Shown here one piece after another: positions 33,432 through 45,363 of a stretch of 64,000 bases of DNA. A program made the position numbers and the translations under genes. The notes beneath the pieces are model-generated. The model was given only the letters and a program-made list of their open reading frames with translations. It was not told the origin of the DNA and made no database searches. The stretch's first letter is position 1; each line of letters begins with the position of its first letter. The stretch covers positions 2,304,001-2,368,000 of the forward strand of contig OZ244070.1 of assembly GCA_965215605.1 (NCBI GenBank), read 5' to 3'. This DNA comes from an uncultured Candidatus Binatia bacterium. GTDB taxonomy: Bacteria > Desulfobacterota > Binatia > UBA9968 > JAJDTQ01.

Positions 33432-35348
33432 TCATTGGACCGGCTCCGTTTCCTGCCGCACGTCTTCCCGGAGCCTCTGTGCGAATGCCTCTACCGACAT
33501 CGCCGGGAGGTTCTCCCCGCCCCGTTTTCTTGCCGACAGGGTCCCGTTCTGCACTTCCTTGTCACCGATCACCAGCGCGTACGGTATCTTGGCCATTTGG
33601 GCTTCCCGGATCTTGAAGCCGAGCTTCTCGTTCCGGTCATCCAGGTCCACCCGCCATCCGTCCGCCGCGAGCCCGTCGCGCACTTCGGCCGCATAGGCGT
33701 TTTGTTGATCCGTGACCGTCACGATGCGCGATTGCACGGGGGACAGCCACAAGGGGAACGCCCCCCCGGTGTGTTCGATCAACAGCGCCATGAAGCGTTC
33801 GATGGAGCCGAGAATCGCCCTGTGAATCATCACCGGCCGCTCCTCCGCTCCGGCGGGCGAGACGTAACCGAGGTCGAACCGTTCGGGCATGGAGAAATCG
33901 AGCTGGACCGTGCCGAGCTGCCAGCCGCGCTTCATCGCGTCCTTGACGACGAAATCGATTTTCGGGCCATAAAAGGCGCCGTCGCCTGCACTGATCTCAT
34001 AGGCTACGTTCCGTTTCTCCAGCGATGCGGCCAGCGCGGCCTCGGCGCGTTCCCAGGTTTCCAGCTCTCCCAGGTATTGGTCGGGCCTGGTGGAGAGGAA
34101 GACCTCCAGATCCTGGAAGTTGAACCTATGATACACCTCGCGGAGCATGTCAAGCAGACTGGCGATCTCCTGCTCGATCTGCGACGGAGCGCAGAAGATG
34201 TGAGCGTCGTCCTGCGAGAAGCTGCGCACCCGCGTGAGTCCGGCGGTGACGCCAGATTTCTCGTAGCGGTGCAGCCGCCCGAAATCCGCCAGTCGTATCG
34301 GCAGGTCCCGGTAGGAGCGCTTCTTCGAGGCATAGATGAACGTGTGGCTCGGGCAGTTCATGGGCTTGACGCCGAACTCGCGCTCATCGATGTGGGTGAA
34401 GTACATGTTGTCCTTGTAGTGATCGTAGTGCCCGGACCGGTGCCACAGGCCGGCGTCGAAGATCTGCGGCGTGATCACCTCTTCGTAGCCGTAGCGCCGG
34501 TAATGGCCGCGCATGTACTCCACCAGGGTGTTGTAGACGAATGCTCCCTTGGGATGAAAGAACGGGCTTGCCGGCGCCGCGGGATGAAAGCTGAAGAGGT
34601 CCAGCTCCTTGCCGAGCTTGCGATGGTCCCGCTTGCGCGCCTCCTCCAGGAGCGCCAGGTGTTCCTTCAACTGTTTCCGGGAGGGGAACGCGGTGCCGTA
34701 GATGCGCTGCAGCATCTCGTTCTTCTCGTCGCCGCGCCAGTAGGCCCCGGCCACCGAAGTCAGCTTGAAGGCCTGGATCAACCCGGTGTTGGGCAGGTGC
34801 GGGCCCCGACAGAGGTCGACCCAGTCCCCCTGGCGATAGAGCGACACGGTCTCGTCGGGAATCCCGGAAAGGATCTCGACCTTGTAGTCCTCTCCCATGC
34901 CGCGAAACAACTCGATGGCCTCGGCCTTCGGCAGCTCCTCCCGGGCGATGGCCAAGTCCTGCCCCGCCAGCTCGCGCATCCGTTCCTCGACCCGCTCGAT
35001 CTCCTCGGGCGTAAACGGCTTGTCGCGCTTGAAGTCGTAGTAGAAACCTTCCCGGGTGGTGGGGCCGATGGTCACCTGGGTGCCGGGAAACAGGCTCTGA
35101 ACCGCCTGGGCCATGAGATGGGCCGTGGAATGGCGCAGGATATCGACGCCCTCGTCGCTGTCGAGAGGGATCCATTCCACCGCGCAGTCTTCCATCACGG
35201 GCCTCGCAAGATCCACCGCGGCGCCGTCGACGGCGGCCGCCACCATGCGCCGGCCGCCGGGCGGAAGTGCCGCGATGTCTCCGGCCGGCGTGCCGGGAAC
35301 GGCCTCGAGGGTCCCGCCCCCTGGTACGGTTACGCGAATCTTGCTCAT
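33432..35348 (-). CDS. thrS: Threonine-tRNA ligase
   Basis: RHSTAHL, DLCRGPH, RDHRKLG, KPMNCP, HRAILGS. Confidence 0.97.
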   Translation of the reverse strand: MSKIRVTVPGGGTLEAVPGTPAGDIAALPPGGRRMVAAAVDGAAVDLARPVMEDCAVEWIPLDSDEGVDILRHSTAHLMAQAVQSLFPGTQVTIGPTTREGFYYDFKRDKPFTPEEIERVEERMRELAGQDLAIAREELPKAEAIELFRGMGEDYKVEILSGIPDETVSLYRQGDWVDLCRGPHLPNTGLIQAFKLTSVAGAYWRGDEKNEMLQRIYGTAFPSRKQLKEHLALLEEARKRDHRKLGKELDLFSFHPAAPASPFFHPKGAFVYNTLVEYMRGHYRRYGYEEVITPQIFDAGLWHRSGHYDHYKDNMYFTHIDEREFGVKPMNCPSHTFIYASKKRSYRDLPIRLADFGRLHRYEKSGVTAGLTRVRSFSQDDAHIFCAPSQIEQEIASLLDMLREVYHRFNFQDLEVFLSTRPDQYLGELETWERAEAALAASLEKRNVAYEISAGDGAFYGPKIDFVVKDAMKRGWQLGTVQLDFSMPERFDLGYVSPAGAEERPVMIHRAILGSIERFMALLIEHTGGAFPLWLSPVQSRIVTVTDQQNAYAAEVRDGLAADGWRVDLDDRNEKLGFKIREAQMAKIPYALVIGDKEVQNGTLSARKRGGENLPAMSVEAFAQRLREDVRQETEPVQ

Positions 35349-35407
35349 CCTATCCTGTTATAGTCGGCAAACGGCGGCTGTTCTTGATGGCAGGCAACCG
35401 CGGGGAA

Positions 35408-35482
35408 TGGTAGGCACGGGCGGGATTGAACCGCCGACCTCTTCCGCGTCAAGGAAGCGCTCTCCCACTGAGCTACGTGCCT
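35408..35482 (-). tRNA. tRNA-Val(GAC)
   Basis: AGGCACG acceptor stem, CTTCC-TTGACGC-GGAAG anticodon arm, GGTTCAATCC T arm, CCA end. Confidence 0.96.
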
Positions 35483-35533
35483 CGATCCACCTTCGCAAAG
35501 GTCCGATTTTATTACCAAAGGGAAGGGTATCTG

Positions 35534-36850
35534 TCAACGGCGCGGGGCTCTCTGGAGTTCCCCGAGCTCCGCGCCGTTGGCGGCGGCCAGCTTCCTGATC
35601 TGCCCCGAGACCTTGGCCGTAACCAGCGCGGTGATCCGCACGCCGTGCTCGTCGTATTCCTCGGCAAGCACCTGTCCCCGGGCGCGCAGGAAAGGGATGA
35701 TAACGGTCTCGGATTGCGGAAGCGTCAAATGGATGCGCTGCTTTCCCCGGTCCAGCAGTCTCCCGACGGTTTCCAGCAGCCGGTCGATGCCCTCCCCGGT
35801 GCGGGCGGAGATGGGGCACAGGCCTTCGTGGCCGTTCGGGGGGTAGAGAGGCAGGCCCTCGGCGACGTCGATCTTGTTGGGCACGATCAGGCGCGGGGTG
35901 CCGGCCGCGCCGATGTCGTCCAGCACCGAATCGACGATGGCGAGTTGCCGTTCGGCCAGGGGGCTCGTGGGGTCCAGCACACACAGCATCAGGTCGGCCT
36001 GATGGATCTCTTCCAGGGTGGCCTTGAACGCGTCCATGAGGGTGTGGGGGATCTTGTTGATGAAGCCCACGGTGTCCACCAGCATCACCCGTTCGCCGTT
36101 GGGCAGCCGCAGCGCCCGCGTGCGCGGATCGAGGGTGGCGAAGAGCTTGTCCGCGGCCAGCACCCCGGCCCGGGTCAGGCGGTTCATCAGCGTGGACTTG
36201 CCGGAGTTGGTATAGCCCACCAGCGCCACGGTGGGGTAGGGGATGGCCTCCCGTTCCTTGCGCTGCAGCCGCCGGGTCTTGGCCACGCCGTCCAGCCGCC
36301 GTTTGAGACGGCCGATGCGTTCCCGGATGCGCCTGCGGTCCACCTCGAGCTGGGTTTCGCCCGGGCCGCGCGTGCCGATGCCGCCGGCGATGCGGGAGAG
36401 GTGGGACCAGAGCCGGGTGAGCCGGGGAAGCAGGTATTCCAGTTGCGCCAGCTCCACCTGGAGCTTGCCCTCCCGGCTCCGGGCGCGCAGCGCGAAGATG
36501 TCCAGGATGAGCTGCGTGCGGTCCACCACCCGGAGGTTGAGCGACGACTCCAGGTTCCGTTGCTGCGCCGGCGTGAGGTCGTTGTCGAAGATGACCAGGT
36601 CGGGCTGGTGCTCGCCGACGAACGCGCGGACCTCCGCCACCTTGCCGGAGCCCGCCAGGGTGGCGGTGTGGAACCGGCCGGTGTGCTGGCTGAAGACGCC
36701 CACGACCCGGGCGCCGGCGCTGGCGGCGAGCCCCTGAAGCTCCTCCAGGCTCTCTTCCAGCGGAACGTCGTCGGCGGAGGCCGGCGTTTCCACGCCCACC
36801 AGCACCGCGCGCTCGGCCTGCCCGTCCCGTTCGCCGTGGTTCAATTCCAC
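35534..36850 (-). CDS. hflX: GTPase HflX
   Basis: [39 protein letters not shown]; start inferred at a GTG abutting the dnaE stop. Confidence 0.93.
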   Translation of the reverse strand: MELNHGERDGQAERAVLVGVETPASADDVPLEESLEELQGLAASAGARVVGVFSQHTGRFHTATLAGSGKVAEVRAFVGEHQPDLVIFDNDLTPAQQRNLESSLNLRVVDRTQLILDIFALRARSREGKLQVELAQLEYLLPRLTRLWSHLSRIAGGIGTRGPGETQLEVDRRRIRERIGRLKRRLDGVAKTRRLQRKEREAIPYPTVALVGYTNSGKSTLMNRLTRAGVLAADKLFATLDPRTRALRLPNGERVMLVDTVGFINKIPHTLMDAFKATLEEIHQADLMLCVLDPTSPLAERQLAIVDSVLDDIGAAGTPRLIVPNKIDVAEGLPLYPPNGHEGLCPISARTGEGIDRLLETVGRLLDRGKQRIHLTLPQSETVIIPFLRARGQVLAEEYDEHGVRITALVTAKVSGQIRKLAAANGAELGELQRAPRR

Positions 36851-39800
36851 TAGCTGCTTCTCGACGTGATTCCGAACTTGCGTTGCACGGTATCCAGCAA
36901 CACTCGCGAGGGGTTGATGCGGAAGTCGGCGGGTCCGATGACCTTGGTCTCCCGGGCGGCGGTGGTCATGTGGAGATAGACCGACGCCTTCCCTTGTTCG
37001 CCGGCGATGAAGTCGTGGAACGCCCGCAGCTCCTGACGGTGGTCCTCCGTCAGGTAGAAGTGCACTTCCCGTGGAGTGTTGTTCGCATGGGCGGTGATGG
37101 CTTGGGCGCAGGCCTCCTCCAGCGGCAGGATGTCGTTGGCGATGAGGGTGATGCGCTCCTCGCCGATGTCCAGCCTGCCCTTGACCCGGATGGGGTCGTC
37201 GCGTCCGATGCAGTCCGCCGTCTGCCGGTACGTGTCGGGCCACGCGATGGTATCCACGAACCCGCTCTTGTCCTCGAGGTTGAAGTTGGCGTATCGCTCG
37301 CCCTTCTTGGTGTTCTTGAGCTTCAGCGCGGTGACCACTCCCACCATGGTGACGTCGCCGTTGTTTCCGTGCGCGCGGACCCGGTTGGCCGGCAACGCGC
37401 GCAGCCGTTTGAGGGACTCCTCGAACCGGTCCAGCGGATGGCCGGTGACATAGAAGCCCACGGTCTCCTTCTCGAACGCCAGGAGCTGGCTGCCGGTCCA
37501 CTCCTCCACGGATTCATAGGCGTCCATGGGGTCCTTGGCGGGGGCCGCGAGCAGGTCGAACATGCCGAACTGGGAGCTGTCCCGGTCCCGCTGGGAGGAC
37601 TGGCCGGATTTCAGGGCGTCGTCCAGCGACGCCCTGAGGCGGGCGCGGTACACGCCGGTGGAGTCGAAGGCGCCGCATTTGACCAGGCTTTCCACCACCC
37701 GCCGGTTGACCACCTTCAGGTCCACCCGCCGGCAGAAGTCGAAGAGCGACTCGAAGGGGCCGGTGTGTTCGCGGGTCTCCCGGATGGCCTCGACAGCCTT
37801 CTCGCCGACGTTCTTGACCGCCGAAAGGCCGAAGCGGATGCGCTCTCCCACCACCGTGAACCGGGCGCCTCCCTCGTTGACGTCCGGCGGCAGCACCTCC
37901 ACGCCCTGCTCGCGGCACTCCGCGAGGTTCTTGATGACCTTGTCGGTGTCGCCCATTTCCGAGCTCATGAGCGCCGCCATGAACTCCACCGGGTAGTGCG
38001 CCTTCAGCCAGGCCGTGTGGTAGGAGACCAGGGCGTAGGCGGCGGAATGGGACTTGTTGAAGCCGTAGCGGGCGAAGGTCTCCATCTGATCGAAGATGGC
38101 GGTGGCATGCTCCTTCCGGATGCCGTTGGCGTCCGCCCCCTCGACGAACCGCTGCCGCTGGCTGGCCATCTCCTCGGGGTCCTTCTTGCCCATGGCGCGG
38201 CGCAGGATGTCCGCTTCGCCGAGGCCGTAGTTGGCCATGGTCTGGGCGATCTGCATGACCTGCTCCTGGTACACGATGACGCCGTAGGTGTCCTTCAGGA
38301 TGGGCTGGAGTTGCGGATGCAGATAGGAGGTCTTCTCCTTGCCGCTCTTGCGCTTGATGTACTCTTCCGCCATGCCGCTATCCAGCGGACCCGGGCGGTA
38401 GAGGGCGAGGATGGCGACGAGGTCCTCGAAGCAGTTGGGTTTGATGCGCACGCTCATCTCGCGGATGCCCGTGCTTTCGAGCTGGAAGATCCCGGTGGTG
38501 TTGCCGCTGCCCACCAGCCGGTAGGCTTCCGGGTCGTCCAGGGCGTCCTCCTGGAGGTCGGGCGCGGCGCCGCGGCTCTGCCGGATCAGATCCAGGCAGT
38601 CGTGGATCAGGGTCAGCGTCTTGAGTCCCAGGAAGTCGAACTTGACGAGGCCGATCTTCTCCACGCTGGACATGTCGTACTGGGTGACGATGTTGCCGTC
38701 GCGGTCCTGGTACAGGGGCAGGTGGTCCACCAGCGGAAGGTTGGAGATCACCACTCCCGCCGCGTGGGTCGACGAGTGCCGGGTGAGCCCCTCCAGGCGC
38801 AGCGCGTGGCTGATGAGGTTGGCGACGCGCGGATCCTCGTCCGCCAGTTGGTTCAGCCGGGGCTCCTGCTTGAGGGCGTCGGTAAGCGAGCAGTCGAAGC
38901 CCTGCCTGGAAGCGGGCACCAGCTTGGCGATGGCGTCGGTCTCCGCGAACGAGAGCCCCACCGCGCGTCCCACGTCGCGGATGGCGGCCTTGGCCTTGAG
39001 GGTCCCGAAGGTGGTGATCTGGGCCACCTTGTCGGCGCCGTACTTGTCCTTGACGTACTGGATCACCTTGTCCCGGCCGCGGATGCAGAAGTCCACGTCG
39101 ATGTCGGGCATGGAGCGCCGTTCCGGGTTCAGGAAGCGCTCGAACAGCAGGTTGTGGCGTATCGGGTCGAGGTCGGTGATGCGCAGCGCATAGGCCACCA
39201 GGCTGCCGGCCGCGGAGCCGCGTCCGGGCCCCACCGGTATGCCCTCGTCCTTGGCGTAGTTGATGAAGTCCGCCACGATGAGGAAGTAGCCCGGGAACTG
39301 CATGCTCTTGATGACGCCCAGCTCGAAATCGAGCCGCTCCCGATAGGCGCCGCGGTCAACCTCGCCGGCGTCCTTGAGCCGGTCATCGAGGCCCTGGCGG
39401 GCGCGGGTGTCGAGGTAGTCGTCGAGACTCTGGGCGTCCGGCGCCTCGTAGTGCGGGAAGTGGTACTTGCCGAACTCGATCTCGACGTCGCAACGCTCCG
39501 CGATGGCCGCGCTCTGGGCCACCGCGTCCGGCAGGTGCGCGAACCCTTCCAGCATCTGGTCGGTGGACTTGAGGAACAGCTCCTCGGTGTCCATCTTCAT
39601 GCGGTTGGTGTCGTTGTGCCCCTTGCCGGTCTGGATGCACAGCAGGATGTCGTGCGCCTGGGCGTCCTCGGGGTCCAGGTAATGGCAGTCGTTGGTGGCC
39701 ACGATGGGCAGCGAGAGGTCCTTGCCCAGCTCCAGGATGCCGGCGTTCACCTTCTCCTGCAGCGGCAGCTTGTTGTCCTGGGCCTCCAGGTAGTAGCGGT

Positions 39801-40317
39801 CGTCGAAAATTTCCCGATAGGCTTCGGCCACCTTCCTCGCCTGCTCCATGGAGCCCAGGGTCAGGGCCTTGGCCATCTCGCCGCTCAGGCAGCCGCTCAA
39901 GGCGATGATGCCGGCGTTGAACTCCCGCAACAGCTCCTTGTCGATCCGCGGCTTGTAGTAGAACCCCTCGGTGAAGCCGTGGGTGACCAGCTTGCAGAGG
40001 TTGCGGTAGCCCTCGTTGTCCATGGCCAGCAGGATCAGATGGTGGTTGTATTCCTTGTTGCCGCGGTCGATTCCCTGGCGCTCGTAGCGGCTCCCCGGGG
40101 CCACGTAGACCTCGCAGCCGAGGATCGGCTTGATGCCGGCCGCCACCGCCTTGCGGTAGAACTCCACCGCGCCGAACATGTTGCCGTGATCGGTCATGGC
40201 GATGGCCGGCTGTCCCAGGTCCCTGGCCCGCTCGATCAGCGGGTCGATCTTGTTGGCGCCGTCGAGCAGGCTGTACTGGGTGTGGCAGTGAAGGTGCACG
40301 AAATTGTGGTTGCTCAT
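36850..40317 (-). CDS. dnaE: DNA polymerase III alpha subunit
   Basis: [42 protein letters not shown]. Confidence 0.98.
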   Translation of the reverse strand: MSNHNFVHLHCHTQYSLLDGANKIDPLIERARDLGQPAIAMTDHGNMFGAVEFYRKAVAAGIKPILGCEVYVAPGSRYERQGIDRGNKEYNHHLILLAMDNEGYRNLCKLVTHGFTEGFYYKPRIDKELLREFNAGIIALSGCLSGEMAKALTLGSMEQARKVAEAYREIFDDRYYLEAQDNKLPLQEKVNAGILELGKDLSLPIVATNDCHYLDPEDAQAHDILLCIQTGKGHNDTNRMKMDTEELFLKSTDQMLEGFAHLPDAVAQSAAIAERCDVEIEFGKYHFPHYEAPDAQSLDDYLDTRARQGLDDRLKDAGEVDRGAYRERLDFELGVIKSMQFPGYFLIVADFINYAKDEGIPVGPGRGSAAGSLVAYALRITDLDPIRHNLLFERFLNPERRSMPDIDVDFCIRGRDKVIQYVKDKYGADKVAQITTFGTLKAKAAIRDVGRAVGLSFAETDAIAKLVPASRQGFDCSLTDALKQEPRLNQLADEDPRVANLISHALRLEGLTRHSSTHAAGVVISNLPLVDHLPLYQDRDGNIVTQYDMSSVEKIGLVKFDFLGLKTLTLIHDCLDLIRQSRGAAPDLQEDALDDPEAYRLVGSGNTTGIFQLESTGIREMSVRIKPNCFEDLVAILALYRPGPLDSGMAEEYIKRKSGKEKTSYLHPQLQPILKDTYGVIVYQEQVMQIAQTMANYGLGEADILRRAMGKKDPEEMASQRQRFVEGADANGIRKEHATAIFDQMETFARYGFNKSHSAAYALVSYHTAWLKAHYPVEFMAALMSSEMGDTDKVIKNLAECREQGVEVLPPDVNEGGARFTVVGERIRFGLSAVKNVGEKAVEAIRETREHTGPFESLFDFCRRVDLKVVNRRVVESLVKCGAFDSTGVYRARLRASLDDALKSGQSSQRDRDSSQFGMFDLLAAPAKDPMDAYESVEEWTGSQLLAFEKETVGFYVTGHPLDRFEESLKRLRALPANRVRAHGNNGDVTMVGVVTALKLKNTKKGERYANFNLEDKSGFVDTIAWPDTYRQTADCIGRDDPIRVKGRLDIGEERITLIANDILPLEEACAQAITAHANNTPREVHFYLTEDHRQELRAFHDFIAGEQGKASVYLHMTTAARETKVIGPADFRINPSRVLLDTVQRKFGITSRSS

Positions 40318-40339
40318 CTTCGGAATCGTCTTCCTTTGC

Positions 40340-41872
40340 TCACTCCCATTCGATGGTGGCCGGCGGCTTGGACGAGATGTCGTAGACCACCCGGTTGATG
40401 CCGCGCACCTCGTTGATGATGCGGTTGGAGATGCGGCCGAGTAGCTCCGGAGGAAGCGTGACCCAGTCGGCGGTCATGCCGTCCTGGCTTTCCACCGCCC
40501 TTACCGCCGCCACGTTCTCGTAGGTGCGCTCGTCGCCCATGACGCCCACGGTGCGGATGGGCAGCAGGACGGCGAAGGACTGCCAGATGCGTTCGTAGAG
40601 CCCGGCGTTGCGCACCTCCTCCACCACGATGGCGTCGGCCGCCCGCAGGATCCGAAGGCGCTCTTCGGTGACGTCGCCGAGGATGCGGATGGCCAGACCG
40701 GGTCCCGGAAACGGCTGCCGGTGGATCCACCGGTCCGGCAGGCCCAGCTCCCGGCCCAGCTCGCGGACCTCGTCCTTGAACAGTTCCCGCAAGGGTTCCA
40801 CCAGCTCGAACTTCATGCTCTCGGGGAGTCCGCCGACGTTGTGGTGGCTCTTGATGAGCGCGGACGGGCCGGCATGGGGCACCGACTCGATGACGTCGGG
40901 GTAGAGGGTGCCCTGGCACAGGAACGGGAAGTCGCCGAGCTTGCGGGTCTCGTCCTCGAATACGCGGATGAAGAGGTTGCCGATGCGCTTGCGCTTCTCT
41001 TCCGGGTCCTCCACCCCTTCCAGGACGTCGAGGAACCGCCGGGACGCGTCCACGTAGCGGAAGCCTTCCCCGAAGCCCTGCCCCATGACCTGGGCCACCG
41101 CTTCCGCCTCCCCCTGCCGCAGCAGCCCGTTGTTGACGAAGACGCAAACGAGCCGGTCGCCGATGGCGCGGTGCACCAGGGTGGCGGCCACCGACGAGTC
41201 CACCCCGCCGCTCAGCCCGCACAGCACCCGCGCGCCGCCCACCTGCCGGCGGATCCGTTCCACCGCGGCGGAGGCGAAGTGCTCCATGTCCCAATCCGCG
41301 GCGCACCCGCAGACCCGGAACAGGAAGTTCTCCAGGATGGTCCGCCCGTTCCGGGTGTGCGCCACCTCGGGATGGAACTGGAGGCCGTAGAGACGCCGCC
41401 GGCCGTCGGCGAACGCGGCGATGGGGGAGTTGCCGGTGTGGGCGATCACCGACCAGTCGTCGGGCAGCGACGTCATCCGGTCGCCGTGGCTCATCCACAC
41501 GCTCTGGCCGCCGTCGGAGTCGAGTCCGGCGAAGAGGTCGGTGGCGTCGTCGACGGTGAGGTCGGCGAGCCCGTATTCCCGTTCCATTGCTTCGGCCACC
41601 CCGCCCCCCATGGCCTGGTTGATGATGCCCATGCCGTAGCAGATGCCCAGGAAGGGCACGGGCAGCCGGAACAGCTCCGGCCCCACCGTGGGCGCGTCGC
41701 TGCTATAGACGCTGGCGGGGCCGCCGGACAGGATGACGCCGGCGGGTTCCAGCCGGGCCAGCCGTTCCACGGGAGTGTCGAAAGGGTGTATCTCGCAGTA
41801 GACGCGCGCTTCGCGTACACGGCGGGCGATGAGCTGCGTGTACTGCGATCCGAAGTCCAGGATGACGATCAT
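40340..41872 (-). CDS. guaA: GMP synthase (glutamine-hydrolysing)
   Basis: [35 protein letters not shown]. Confidence 0.98.
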   Translation of the reverse strand: MIVILDFGSQYTQLIARRVREARVYCEIHPFDTPVERLARLEPAGVILSGGPASVYSSDAPTVGPELFRLPVPFLGICYGMGIINQAMGGGVAEAMEREYGLADLTVDDATDLFAGLDSDGGQSVWMSHGDRMTSLPDDWSVIAHTGNSPIAAFADGRRRLYGLQFHPEVAHTRNGRTILENFLFRVCGCAADWDMEHFASAAVERIRRQVGGARVLCGLSGGVDSSVAATLVHRAIGDRLVCVFVNNGLLRQGEAEAVAQVMGQGFGEGFRYVDASRRFLDVLEGVEDPEEKRKRIGNLFIRVFEDETRKLGDFPFLCQGTLYPDVIESVPHAGPSALIKSHHNVGGLPESMKFELVEPLRELFKDEVRELGRELGLPDRWIHRQPFPGPGLAIRILGDVTEERLRILRAADAIVVEEVRNAGLYERIWQSFAVLLPIRTVGVMGDERTYENVAAVRAVESQDGMTADWVTLPPELLGRISNRIINEVRGINRVVYDISSKPPATIEWE

Positions 41873-43335
41873 TCTCTGCGATAGTTGGGCGCTTCGTTGG
41901 TGATGAAGACGTCGTGAACGTGGCCCTCGGTGAGGCCGGCGGCGGTGATCTGCATGAATCGCGCCTTGTCCTGCAGTTCATGGATGTTGGTGCAGCCCAC
42001 GTAGCCCATGCCGGCGCGGACGCCGCCGATGAGCTGGTAGACGTTGGCCGCCAGCGTGCCGCGGTAGGGGACCTGGCCTTCCACCCCTTCCGGCACGAGC
42101 TTCACCTCTTCCTCGACGTCGTCCTGGGCGTAGCGGTCCCTGCTGCCTTCCCGCATGGCGCCGATGGAGCCCATGCCCCGGTAGACCTTGTAGGTCCGGC
42201 CCTGGTAGAGCACCGTCTCTCCCGGGCTTTCCTCGCAGCCGCCGAACAGGGTGCCGATCATCACGGCGTCGGCGCCCGCCGCCAGCGCCTTGGTGATGTC
42301 GCCCGAATACTTGATGCCGCCGTCGGACACCAGCGGCACCCCCGTGCGGGCGCCCACCCGGGCACAGTCGGCGATGGCGCTGAGCTGGGGGACGCCGACC
42401 CCGGAGACCACCCGGGTGGTGCAGATGGAGCCCGGTCCGACCCCCACCTTGACGCCGTTGGCGCCGGCGTCGATCAGGGCCTGGGTGCCCTGGGCCGTGG
42501 CCACGTTGCCGGCGACGAGCTCAAGCTCGGGATAGTCGGCGCGGATCCGCGCCACCGTCTCCAGCACCTTGGCGGAGTGGCCGTGGGCCGTGTCCACCGC
42601 CACCACGTCGACGCCGGCCCGCACCAGCGCCTCCACCCGTTCCTCCCGGTCCGGCCCCACGCCCACCGCCGCGCCCACCCGCAGTTGGCCGCGGTCGTCC
42701 TTGCACGCCATCGGATGGCGGGTCTTCTTCTCGATGTCCTTGACCGTGATCAGGCCCTTCAGCCGGTAGTTCCCGTCCACCACCAGCAGCTTCTCGATGC
42801 GGTGCCGGTGCAGGAGCTCCTGGGCCTCCTCGAGGCCGACGCCGTCCGGCACGGTGACCAGGTCTTCCTTGGTCATCAGCTCGTCGACGCAGCGCTCCAG
42901 GTTCTTCTCGAAACGGAGGTCACGGTTGGTGAGGATGCCCACCAGACGGCCGCCCAGCGTCACCGGCAGGCCCGATATCCCGTGTTGGTCCATCAGCCCC
43001 CGCGCCTCGGCGATCTTCTGGTGCGGGCTTACGGTGACGGGGTCGGAGATCATGCCGCTCTCGAACTTCTTGACCTTCTCGACCTCCCTGGCCTGCGCGT
43101 CCACCGACATGTTGCGGTGGATGAAGCCCATGCCGCCCTCCTGGGCCATGGCAATGGCGGTGCGGGCCTCGGTGACCGTGTCCATGGCGGCGCTCAAGAG
43201 GGGAATGTTGAGCTGGATGCGTTGCGTCAACCGGGTGGAGACATCCGTGTCGCGCGGCAGAATCGACGATTCAGCGGGCACCAGCAGCACGTCATCGAAC
43301 GTGAGCCCAATGGGCAAGACTTCCTGGTCGAGCAT
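41869..43335 (-). CDS. guaB: IMP dehydrogenase
   Basis: [11 protein letters not shown] pair, [18 protein letters not shown]. Confidence 0.98.
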   Translation of the reverse strand: MLDQEVLPIGLTFDDVLLVPAESSILPRDTDVSTRLTQRIQLNIPLLSAAMDTVTEARTAIAMAQEGGMGFIHRNMSVDAQAREVEKVKKFESGMISDPVTVSPHQKIAEARGLMDQHGISGLPVTLGGRLVGILTNRDLRFEKNLERCVDELMTKEDLVTVPDGVGLEEAQELLHRHRIEKLLVVDGNYRLKGLITVKDIEKKTRHPMACKDDRGQLRVGAAVGVGPDREERVEALVRAGVDVVAVDTAHGHSAKVLETVARIRADYPELELVAGNVATAQGTQALIDAGANGVKVGVGPGSICTTRVVSGVGVPQLSAIADCARVGARTGVPLVSDGGIKYSGDITKALAAGADAVMIGTLFGGCEESPGETVLYQGRTYKVYRGMGSIGAMREGSRDRYAQDDVEEEVKLVPEGVEGQVPYRGTLAANVYQLIGGVRAGMGYVGCTNIHELQDKARFMQITAAGLTEGHVHDVFITNEAPNYRRE

Positions 43336-43370
43336 CCTTCACCTCGAAGCGAACGGCGCCGAAACGGCAC

Positions 43371-43399
43371 AAAAAAAGCCCAGACTTCCGCCTGGGCTT
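43371..43399 (-). terminator. Intrinsic terminator within the guaB 5' leader (attenuator-like)
   Basis: Minus strand AAGCCCAGGC-GGAA-GTCTGGGC-TTTTTTT, ending about 35 nt before the guaB ATG. Confidence 0.65.
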
Positions 43400-43583
43400 C
43401 CCGGTCATTCCAGCGTCATCCTGTTGTGCATGACACGTCCTAGCAAGATTTCTTTGCGCTGGCAAGGTCCCTTTTTGAGTGTCTCCGGTCCCGATTTTTC
43501 GCTCAATCATTTCGGTCAGTTAGGCACCTTCGAGCCAAGAGCGGCCTAAAGTTCCGGGTCCGCTTGCCGATATGAATTAGAGC

Positions 43584-45110
43584 ATGCTTGCAAGGATTTA
43601 CGGCGCGTCGCTTCACGGCATCGACGCGCTCAAGGTGGCGGTGGAAGTCGACATCGCGTCGGGACTGCCGAAGCTGGTCATGGTGGGGCTCCCGGAGGGT
43701 GCCGTGCGCGAGAGCAAGGTGCGCGTGCGCGCGGCGTTGAGGAACTGCGGTTACCCGTTCCCGCCTCGGCGGATTACCGTCAACCTCGCCCCCGCGGACG
43801 TCAAGAAGGAGGGATCGGGCTACGACCTGCCCATGGCCATGGGCATCGTGGCAGCTCAAGGCGCCGTTGAGCCCGCGCGCCTCGCCGACTACCTGCTGGT
43901 GGGCGAGTTGTCCCTGGACGGCGCCATCAAGCCCGTGCGGGGCGCGCTGCCCATCGCGGCGGCCGCGCGGCGCCAGGGCCTCAAGGGCCTGATCCTGCCC
44001 CGCGCCAACAGCGCCGAAGCGGCGGCGGTGCAGGACATCGAGGTCTTCGGGGTGGAGAGCCTCGCGGAGGTCGTGGAGTTCCTGAACGGAGAGCGGGAGA
44101 TCGCGCCCACGCGGGTGGACCTTGCCCGCCTGTTCCGCCGGCACGCCGTCCACGACGCCGACTTCAGCGACGTCCGCGGACAGTCTCATGTCAAGCGGGC
44201 GCTGGAAGTGGCCGCCGCCGGCGGTCACAACGTCCTCTTGATGGGGCCCCCCGGCTCCGGGAAGACCATGCTGGCCAAGAGGCTGCCCACCATCTTGCCG
44301 GATCTGACCCTGGCCGAAGCCCTGGAGACCACCAAGATCCACAGCGTCACCGGCGTCCTGGGCGACAGCGCGCTGGTGGCGGTCCGGCCGTTCCGGGCGC
44401 CGCATCATACCGTCTCGGATGCCGGGATGGTGGGCGGCGGCACGGTGCCCCGGCCCGGGGAGGTGTCGCTGGCCCACAACGGTGTGCTCTTTCTCGACGA
44501 GGCGCCGGAGTTCCGCCGCAACGTCCTCGAGGTCCTGCGTCAACCCCTGGAGGACGGCCGCATCACGGTGGTGCGGGCCGTCGGCTCCGTCGACTATCCG
44601 GCCGCGTTCATGCTGGTGGCGGCCATGAATCCCTGTCCCTGCGGATTCTTCTCGGACCCGCTGAAGGAGTGCCGCTGCACCCCCGGGCAGATCACCCGCT
44701 ACCGCTCCAGGATCTCCGGGCCGCTGCTCGACCGCATCGACATCCAGGTGGAGGTGCCGGCGGTGGCGTACGAGGCGCTGGCGTCACGGGCCCCGGGTGA
44801 GCCCTCCGGGGCCATCCGCGAGCGGGTCGACCGGGCGCGCGCGGTGCAGGAGGAACGCTTCGGGCAGACCGGGATACACGCCAACGCCCGAATGAGCGCG
44901 CGCGGCGTCCAACGCCACTGCCAGGTGGACCCGGCGGGCGAGCAGCTTCTGGAAACCGCCATCAGGAGGCTCGGACTGAGCGCCCGCGCCTACGTGCGGA
45001 TCCTCAAGGTCAGCCGCACCATCGCCGACCTCGAGGGCGCCGAAGAGATCCGGCCGCCGCACGTCGCCGAAGCCATCCAGTACCGCGGCATGGACCGGCC
45101 GCCGGTCTGA
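43584..45110 (+). CDS. comM: YifB/ComM Mg-chelatase-like AAA+ ATPase
   Basis: ITVNLAPAD, GPPGSGKT, PFRAPHH, SLAHNGVLFLDE, AMNPCPCG. Confidence 0.93.
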   Translation: MLARIYGASLHGIDALKVAVEVDIASGLPKLVMVGLPEGAVRESKVRVRAALRNCGYPFPPRRITVNLAPADVKKEGSGYDLPMAMGIVAAQGAVEPARLADYLLVGELSLDGAIKPVRGALPIAAAARRQGLKGLILPRANSAEAAAVQDIEVFGVESLAEVVEFLNGEREIAPTRVDLARLFRRHAVHDADFSDVRGQSHVKRALEVAAAGGHNVLLMGPPGSGKTMLAKRLPTILPDLTLAEALETTKIHSVTGVLGDSALVAVRPFRAPHHTVSDAGMVGGGTVPRPGEVSLAHNGVLFLDEAPEFRRNVLEVLRQPLEDGRITVVRAVGSVDYPAAFMLVAAMNPCPCGFFSDPLKECRCTPGQITRYRSRISGPLLDRIDIQVEVPAVAYEALASRAPGEPSGAIRERVDRARAVQEERFGQTGIHANARMSARGVQRHCQVDPAGEQLLETAIRRLGLSARAYVRILKVSRTIADLEGAEEIRPPHVAEAIQYRGMDRPPV

Positions 45111-45111
45111 G

Positions 45112-45363
45112 TTTTGGGGCCGCGAACAGTGGGCGAAATACTATCAAGGGTGGGTCCGCGCATTCGAGGGCATCATGGCCAATCCGGGTCGTGGACGCGA
45201 CCGAAGCTTGTTCGCCGCGGGCATGCGCTCGGTCAACTGCGGAAGGCACGTTATCTTCTTCGCGCGGATCCAGGCGCTTGGTAACGACCCGGTGATCCTG
45301 CGGACCGTTCATCGACGCCGCCATATGCCGGCATGGGTCTACCTCGAGGATCTGGAAGGATGA
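45112..45363 (+). pseudogene. 5'-truncated ParE/RelE-family toxin remnant
   Basis: Open frame FWGREQWAKYYQGWVRAFEGIMANPGRGRDRS...RHVIFF...ILRTVHRRR; N-terminal strand and antitoxin missing. Confidence 0.6.

Noticed and set aside
27717-35482. tRNA-Pro and tRNA-Val as possible integration sites
   Set aside because: No integrase or duplicated tRNA 3' end nearby; the flanks are core genes
35534-37501. 655-aa N-terminally extended HflX
   Set aside because: The extension overlaps dnaE in another frame; the real start is near 36850
36883-40398. 1171-aa plus-strand ORF and similar long antisense ORFs (e.g. 33291-35363, 41914-43443, 48075-50201)
   Set aside because: Shadow frames opposite well-supported genes, typical of high-GC DNA; no recognisable motifs
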